The position numbers and the translations under genes are program-made. A stretch of 34,588 bases of DNA from a virus (taxonomy: Duplodnaviria; Caudoviricetes), in the IMG/VR virus record IMGVR_UViG_3300020431_000001, positions 1 through 34,588 of that record. One strand, written 5' to 3'. This document shows, in pieces, positions 29,605 through 34,588 of the stretch (the first letter of the stretch is position 1; each line of letters starts with the position of its first letter). Below the pieces are notes generated by a model. It saw only the letters and a list, made by a program, of their open reading frames with translations. It did not search any database and was not told the origin of the DNA.

Positions 29605-29792
29605 TAAAACTCCTCTACTATTTCAGACGCATCAATAGTTATTTCGCATCTGGTATTTTTTGTACTAGCTTTATTTATCTTATTAATTATCTTGTGATAA
29701 AAATCTTTTGTCTCATCATCTTGTATACTACATAGGTATAGTATACTTGTCAGACTTTGACAGTCATCTTCGTTTAAATATATTGATGTCAT
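29604..29792 (-). CDS. Hypothetical protein
   Basis: AAGGAG RBS; coupled stop/start. Confidence 0.65.
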   Translation of the reverse strand: MTSIYLNEDDCQSLTSILYLCSIQDDETKDFYHKIINKINKASTKNTRCEITIDASEIVEEF

Positions 29793-29974
29793 TATAACTC
29801 CTTATCATTGTGTTTGTGTTCTGCTACCCAGATACAATCTTTTAATTCATCTCTATAGAATTGTTTTTCTCCATGAGTTATAGCTTTACGAAGCATTTTT
29901 CTTGCTCTTGTAATGCGTTCAATCAATCGTATCTTACTGTCGTTGACAGGATTATCTTCTGGTATCATCATCAA
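29792..29974 (-). CDS. Hypothetical protein
   Basis: AAGGA RBS; within the operon. Confidence 0.6.
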   Translation of the reverse strand: MMMIPEDNPVNDSKIRLIERITRARKMLRKAITHGEKQFYRDELKDCIWVAEHKHNDKEL

Positions 29975-30365
29975 TCATTCCTTTATTAAGTATTCTTCTG
30001 CGACCTTGACGAGTCAAACCAAAGACTCGTTGCTCACATCCAGATAATCCTTTACGTTTCATTACTGGTATTTCACCAGCAGTTCTAACGTTACCATTCC
30101 AGTTAGCTTGGAAATCATGGAACACAAATGCGTACCCACCTTTAACAAGCTGACTTAATCTTGATGATACAGACACTTCTTTAGATGATATGTCATAAGC
30201 TATGTGTGAAAAGGTGCTGCCTCTATGACCAGCACGCCACATACTATGTAAAATTTTATCATCAAGAGTAACCTTAACTTTATTCTTAGATGTTACTGGA
30301 TCTGTCTTGCGGTAAGGTGTAGCTGTATATAGTTCAACTACTTTGTCATCATAATCTACTATCAT
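29952..30365 (-). CDS. Winged-helix DNA-binding-like protein
   Basis: R.TDP.TS then G.T...IA......SVSSRLSQLVKGG, ...RVFGLT..G. Confidence 0.6.
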   Translation of the reverse strand: MIVDYDDKVVELYTATPYRKTDPVTSKNKVKVTLDDKILHSMWRAGHRGSTFSHIAYDISSKEVSVSSRLSQLVKGGYAFVFHDFQANWNGNVRTAGEIPVMKRKGLSGCEQRVFGLTRQGRRRILNKGMIDDDTRR

Positions 30366-30610
30366 TACTTCTCTCCATTATCTTCTGTTGCAAGGTCATC
30401 ATTCATGGCGTTAATAAAACCACCAATCATTAGACCTTTATGTGCTTCACTAAGCTCTGGGTTATTTAATATATCTATTACATTACCCATTACATGGTCG
30501 ACATACTTGGTCTTGTATTCATCAAGATAACCACCGTTATCTTTGATTACTTTATTCTTCATGCCAGTAACTAAAGCGTCAGCTGGACTTGGTATTTTTT
30601 TATCAGTCAT
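30365..30610 (-). CDS. Hypothetical protein
   Basis: AGGAG RBS; coupled to the next gene. Confidence 0.65.
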   Translation of the reverse strand: MTDKKIPSPADALVTGMKNKVIKDNGGYLDEYKTKYVDHVMGNVIDILNNPELSEAHKGLMIGGFINAMNDDLATEDNGEK

Positions 30611-30674
30611 TGTGTTCTCCTATATGATAAAATTATTATAGCACTATACACATTAATCCACAAGCTCTGCTATA

Positions 30675-30947
30675 TTAAACTTGCTTGGTAAACTCAAGTT
30701 CATACTCACCTTTATTAAGATGGGCCTCTACTAATACTTTGTTGTTAATAGAAAACCTAAAGGTTTGAGATCCGTCATCATTTTTTTTATGTGTAACTCT
30801 GTGGTCACATAAAGTGTGACTGTTCATAGATGATGTGCCTACTTTAATAGTAACACAACCATCTTTTCTGTTACCGTATGACTTACTGCCTTGATACAAA
30901 CAGTTAGTCACGTCATTCCATATTGGGTATTGTCTAGTCATTGTCAT
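30675..30947 (-). CDS. Hypothetical early protein
   Basis: AAGGAG RBS; YPIWN.V..C.Y..SKSYG motif. Confidence 0.7.
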   Translation of the reverse strand: MTMTRQYPIWNDVTNCLYQGSKSYGNRKDGCVTIKVGTSSMNSHTLCDHRVTHKKNDDGSQTFRFSINNKVLVEAHLNKGEYELEFTKQV

Positions 30948-31187
30948 CTCCTTTTGTTATATCTGCTTGCACTTTTAAAGTCGTTCCATCCCAACAGATT
31001 AAAAGATGGTGGTGACTATTAGAATTTTTTTCTGTTGTTCACCTAGTGTTTTACGAAAGTGGCTTTTACCCTGGGGAAAGGGAAGCCGGTGGCATTAGCT
31101 ACGTGCCTCAATTCTTCACCAGATGAACAACATAGTCTGCAAAGCATTGTTAAAAATAATGATTTAACAATAACCGTTAAATGCAGA

Positions 31188-31218
31188 CAAAAGAATAGCC
31201 GAATAAATCGGCTACTCT
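31188..31218 (-). terminator. Rho-independent terminator of the 204-aa gene
   Basis: The - strand reads agagtagccga-tttat-tcggctattct-tttg, starting 10 nt after the stop codon. Confidence 0.7.
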
Positions 31219-31228
31219 AAATCTTAGA

Positions 31229-31843
31229 TTACTTTATCTTAGATAGTTTTAGCTTTTGTTCTTTTAACAATTGCTCTGTTGACTTAACCGTAACTGATGG
31301 TTTCTTAGAATCTTTATTCCATCTCTTTTGTTGGGCTACCTGATATTCATTATAAGTTTGACCAAAGAAGAATGTCCAAAGATAATCACCAGTATAGAGT
31401 CTTTTCTCTTTCGCAAACTTATCTAGCTGTGCTTGGTTTAAGTCGATGAAAATGTCATGCGTATTTAGTCTAGCTAAAGCACCAAGTTCTGGTGAATGAA
31501 AAGGTCGACCATTTTCATCGGTAGTACCATCTCTAAGAGATTCTTCTTCGAAGTTCTTAAGCATTTTAGAGATGTCTGCGTCAATCCAATCGTTTTCTGC
31601 CATAATTTGGTGATACTTTTGTTGATGGATTGTTATGCTTCTAGTGAAGCAACTTATATTATGATTAACTTCCTTAAGTTTACCTTTGATTAAGTCTCGG
31701 GCTATCTTATTTGGGTAGTGTTGACCAGCTAAATTACCATTAAGGTAAATTCCAGCTCTCTTACCATCCTTGTAAGTATCTAACTCTGAAACGGAAGCGT
31801 TTAGTAGTTCCTCGACGAGGTCGTTTTGATTTTTTAAAGACAT
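31229..31843 (-). CDS. 204-aa orphan protein forming the left arm of the inverted repeat
   Basis: Intact ORF with AGGAGA RBS, own promoter and terminator; no family recognised. Confidence 0.8.
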   Translation of the reverse strand: MSLKNQNDLVEELLNASVSELDTYKDGKRAGIYLNGNLAGQHYPNKIARDLIKGKLKEVNHNISCFTRSITIHQQKYHQIMAENDWIDADISKMLKNFEEESLRDGTTDENGRPFHSPELGALARLNTHDIFIDLNQAQLDKFAKEKRLYTGDYLWTFFFGQTYNEYQVAQQKRWNKDSKKPSVTVKSTEQLLKEQKLKLSKIK

Positions 31844-31879
31844 AGTTATTCTCCTATCTGTCTGTTAATGGGATATACC

Positions 31880-31907
31880 ATTATGCTAACCCCACATACA
31901 TTTTCAA
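31880..31907 (-). promoter_or_regulatory. sigma70-like promoter for the 204-aa gene
   Basis: The - strand reads TTGAAA-16 nt-CATAAT, with an A-tract upstream; -10 about 36 nt before the ATG. Confidence 0.6.
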
Positions 31908-32049
31908 ACGAACTCTTTTTTGCACCCTCTTGGGGGTATATGTTTCATAAAAACATATACGAATAATATCTGGAAACAAGAATCGCCGGAAAGCTTGCTT
32001 GAGGAATCGACTGAAATACTTCAGTCGTTCTATTCTTGGTGTAGGATAT

Positions 32050-32819
32050 TGCAAAATCGGATTGAATCTGTATTTGTTGGGTTTGCTTTGGTATATGCTT
32101 TTGACAGACAGATAGGCAGAATGACTAGTCTTTACAAAAGCGAAACGCCCTCGGCGTTGGAACTGCTTAACGGTTGCGTTTCAGAGTTAGAAACTTACAT
32201 CTCCTCGCCTTGGGCGTGGTGAGTAGGATGGTCTGGAATTTCCTTGATGGTCATTTAGATGTGTTGTCAACACACCCAAATGAGATGGCACGTGACTTTA
32301 ACAAAGGTAACTTAAGAAGTTAATTGTAATATAAGTTAGGTGAACTTGAAGTATCACAAGCCATCAAGAAAATATCCCAAATTATCAGAAAAGGATGGAT
32401 TGTCCAGACTTCCTAAAATCTTAGAAGTTCGGAGAAGAATGTCTTAGTAGATGGTCTCCGATGACAATGTCACCTTTTCACCACCAGGAGTTGGCGGTTT
32501 AGCAGACTAAATGCATGACATTCTTCATTGACTTAAGCCTAGCACTGCTGATAAGTTTGCCGTAAGAGAAAAACGAATAGACTGGTAGGTTATCTTGGAC
32601 TTTATTCTTTGGTACAAACTTGTTATGAATATGAGGTAGGCAAACAAAAGTTTAGATGGAATAGATTCTAAGGAATCGTCAGTTGCTTAAGTCAACAGAG
32701 TGATTGTTAAAAGTTACAAACGCTAAACTATCTACGATTAAGTAATCTTGATTTAGAGTAGACTATTTATGAGACCTATTCTTAGGTCTGCTTTTAACAA
32801 TCAACAATGCTTTGCAGAC
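32050..32819 (+). pseudogene. Non-coding inverted mirror of the 204-aa transcription unit (probably a structural arm rather than a simple pseudogene)
   Basis: Start codon deleted (ctATGtc -> ctagtc), RBS interrupted (aggaga -> aggcaga), -10 destroyed, many frameshifting indels; residual translation ELLNGCVSELETY vs ELLNASVSELDTY. Confidence 0.8.
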
Positions 32820-32977
32820 GGTAGTTACAACCATAGCTATCCTGATAATACTATAATGTAGATTACTCGAATCTAATAAGTCAATCAGCCGTGTTGTCAC
32901 TTCGTGACTGCCCGCACCCAGACTGTTGACTTTTAGATTACAAGCAATCTTGTGATTGCGTATAACAGGAGATAACT

Positions 32978-33163
32978 ATGGACATAACTACTCAACAAAA
33001 CATTGCAGATATTATGATTACAAGCACTCTTTTCTTAGCAGTCGCTATACTAAGCTATGTAACTTACATCGCATTTAAACAAGAATTAACGCTCTGGATT
33101 AGAATACCAGCACTTATCTTAGCGATGCTAAGTCTAGTGCTTCTGTCATTATCTGGACTATAA
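32978..33163 (+). CDS. Small two-TM membrane protein
   Basis: AGGAGA RBS; two hydrophobic helices. Confidence 0.7.
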   Translation: MDITTQQNIADIMITSTLFLAVAILSYVTYIAFKQELTLWIRIPALILAMLSLVLLSLSGL

Positions 33164-33196
33164 ACAGATATATTTAGACATATGTTGATAACTGTA

Positions 33197-33225
33197 TTGA
33201 CATATTTATAATCTATCCCTACTCT
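33197..33225 (+). promoter_or_regulatory. sigma70-like promoter upstream of terS
   Basis: TTGACA-17 nt-TACTCT. Confidence 0.65.
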
Positions 33226-33264
33226 TTAAGTAACACGATTCATTACTTAATTTGAGGTTAACAT

Positions 33265-33648
33265 ATGTCTAAAGTACCCAGTACAAATAACCAATCGCTG
33301 ACACAGCTTCAGCAGAGTTTTGTAGATAACTACTTAGCCAATGGTGGCAATGGTAAACAGGCTTGCATAACGGCAGGATACAGCGAGAACTCAGCTCATG
33401 TTCAGGCGAGTAAATTGGTTAAGCTTCCACACATACAGCAAGCCTTACTCAAAGGTACTGCAGAAGCCATTGGTCTAGGCTCTGCTAAAGCTGTTCAGAA
33501 GTTAGTGTCTCTATCTGGCGGAGCTAAGTCAGAGTATGTTCAGCTTGAAGCATCTAGGGATTTATTAGACCGTGCTGGATTTAAAGCACCAGATAGAGCC
33601 GATATACGGCTTGATAGTGATATAAAGATTAGTATTGATTTAACGTAG
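33265..33648 (+). CDS. terS: Terminase small subunit
   Basis: LT..Q..FVD.Y...GGN...A...AGYS..SA...AS.L...P.I; SEYVQLEAS.DLLDRAG; GAGG RBS. Confidence 0.9.
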   Translation: MSKVPSTNNQSLTQLQQSFVDNYLANGGNGKQACITAGYSENSAHVQASKLVKLPHIQQALLKGTAEAIGLGSAKAVQKLVSLSGGAKSEYVQLEASRDLLDRAGFKAPDRADIRLDSDIKISIDLT

Positions 33649-33721
33649 GGGGGGGTTAAAACTCAAGCGTGATGTTATGTTACTTCACCTTTACTAACAT
33701 TATTTTTTAAAAAGGTTCGTT

Positions 33722-33991
33722 ATGACTGATGAAGAAGATCCAGACAACATAGTACATATAGAGTTTAGCCCTGATGGGCCTAAGACTCCATCTAGTGTTA
33801 TTAAATTTTTAAGTACCAAAAGTAAGGATATAGTTGGTATTACTTGCATTGTTGAGTTTGATGATGGTAGGATGGGTTTATATGCAAATGATAAGGATAT
33901 ATATTCCTTTTTGTTTGAACAAAGGTTTTTAAAATATTTTGTAGACCAGGAGTTTGAAGGAAGAATTGGCTTATACACAGAAGAAAAGTAA
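33722..33991 (+). CDS. Hypothetical protein
   Basis: 89-aa ORF coupled to the next gene. Confidence 0.6.
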   Translation: MTDEEDPDNIVHIEFSPDGPKTPSSVIKFLSTKSKDIVGITCIVEFDDGRMGLYANDKDIYSFLFEQRFLKYFVDQEFEGRIGLYTEEK

Positions 33992-34143
33992 TGGTAAAAA
34001 GAAATCAACCACCACACCGCCCAAGGGTAGAAGAAAGATTGGCACACTGCGTGCAATGTCAAAGAAGTCTAAGTCGTACTGATAAATACGTCATCAATAT
34101 GTTAGATGATTTTACTTGCCTAGCCTGTTACGAAGGTAGATAA
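33991..34143 (+). CDS. 50-aa CxxC...CxxC zinc-finger-like protein, absent from the ORF track
   Basis: TAATG coupling; MVKRNQPPHRPRVEERLAHCVQCQRSLSRTDKYVINMLDDFTCLACYEGR. Confidence 0.65.
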   Translation: MVKRNQPPHRPRVEERLAHCVQCQRSLSRTDKYVINMLDDFTCLACYEGR

Positions 34144-34326
34144 ATGGATAAATCTAAAAAGAAAGAACAAAGTGGTATTGATATACTAGGAAAATTCCTT
34201 GAATCAGAAGATAGTATGGAATGTTCTAAATGTTCTACGAATATAAACTTTGATGATAATTTTGTTTTTACACACGACAGTAGATTGTTATGTAGAAGTT
34301 GTTTTGAGCATAGTAAATGCAATTAA
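34144..34326 (+). CDS. 60-aa CxxC...CxxC zinc-finger-like protein
   Basis: CSKC...CRSC; starts right after the previous stop and overlaps the terL start. Confidence 0.65.
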   Translation: MDKSKKKEQSGIDILGKFLESEDSMECSKCSTNINFDDNFVFTHDSRLLCRSCFEHSKCN

Positions 34327-34588
34327 AGTATAAGCCAGACGGTGTAACTCTTAAAAAATTTATGAAGAATGATAGCTTCTTTAGAGGATTGCGTGGTCCT
34401 GTTGGTAGCGGTAAGTCTGTTGCCTGTTGTATTGAAATATTCAGAAGATGTTTGCTGCAAGAACCTAATGAAGATGGTATACGCAAATCAAGATGGGCAG
34501 TTATAAGGAATACCAACCCACAATTAAGGACAACTACCATTAAGACTTGGATAGATTGGTTTCCAGAGAATGACTGGGGTAGGTTTAG
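34317..34588 (+). CDS. terL: Terminase large subunit, N-terminal part (joins 1-1329)
   Basis: MQLKYKPDG...RGLRGPVGSGKS (Walker A)...RWAVIRNTNPQL. Confidence 0.93.
   Translation, partial: MQLKYKPDGVTLKKFMKNDSFFRGLRGPVGSGKSVACCIEIFRRCLLQEPNEDGIRKSRWAVIRNTNPQLRTTTIKTWIDWFPENDWGRF
34512..34588. repeat. Terminal overlap, identical to 1-77
   Basis: Exact 77-nt match. Confidence 0.97.

Larger units (their letters stand above)
31135..32819 (+). repeat. Long imperfect inverted repeat (arms about 31135-31924 and 32050-32819) able to fold into a ~1.7 kb rod
   Basis: Exact complementary anchors: 31135-31151/32803-32819, 31274-31287/32687-32700, 31779-31793/32177-32191, 31853-31865/32104-32116; collinear pairing between them with frequent mismatches and 1-2 nt bulges. 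Confidence 0.95.

Noticed and set aside
31920-32222. 100-aa + strand ORF as a real gene
   Set aside because: TTG start without RBS; it runs through the structured loop, and its similarity to the 204-aa protein is just the residual frame of the mirror arm.
32195-32235. HDV/theta-like ribozyme suggested by tcctcgc
   Set aside because: The flanks do not form P3/P1/P2 of the nested double pseudoknot by eye; a simple hairpin explains the segment. An Infernal search would be decisive.
31229-32745. Diversity-generating retroelement TR/VR pair
   Set aside because: No reverse transcriptase in the genome; differences include many indels and non-adenine changes; the repeat is far longer than a TR and includes promoter and terminator.
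31135-32819. Inverted repeat as an assembly or MDA chimera artefact
   Set aside because: Artefactual inversions give near-identical arms; these arms differ at many positions, with a strand-biased pattern and a structured insertion.
31135-32819. Invertible segment or transposon with terminal inverted repeats
   Set aside because: No recombinase or transposase is present, the arms are too divergent and the spacer is only about 125 nt.
34512-34588. 77-nt terminal direct repeat as a biological DTR
   Set aside because: It falls inside terL and 77 is a common assembler k-mer length, so it is best explained as circular-contig overlap.
1-34588. tRNA, rRNA, CRISPR array, integrase or alternative genetic code
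   Set aside because: None seen; genes are full length and tightly packed under the standard code, with all three stop codons in use.

Overview
The window is an apparently complete, circularly assembled genome of a short-tailed dsDNA phage (podovirus). The last 77 nt (34512-34588) exactly repeat 1-77, so the unique length is 34,511 bp and the terminase large subunit is split across the junction. The + strand carries a packaging/structural/lysis block: terS, terL, portal, scaffold, major capsid, tail tubes A/B, three internal virion proteins, two tail fibres, holin-like genes and a metallophosphoesterase. The - strand carries an early/replication block: DnaA-domain-IV protein, SSB, putative annealing protein, YqaJ-type exonuclease, initiator/loader-like pair, HTH proteins and small ORFs. 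I recognise no DNA polymerase, RNA polymerase, integrase or endolysin. AT-richness and gene content resemble marine BPP-1/HTVC010P-like podoviruses (inference). The standout feature is at 31135-32819. A complete - strand transcription unit (sigma70-like promoter, RBS, 204-aa orphan CDS, terminator) is mirrored by a non-coding, degenerate inverted copy of about 770 nt. The transitions between the arms are strongly skewed towards G-T/G-U wobble pairs on the + strand. The + strand, which is the gene's template strand, therefore appears selected to fold into a ~1.7 kb imperfect rod. This could be an Frpo-like whole-gene ssDNA expression cassette or a viroid/HDV-like rod RNA.
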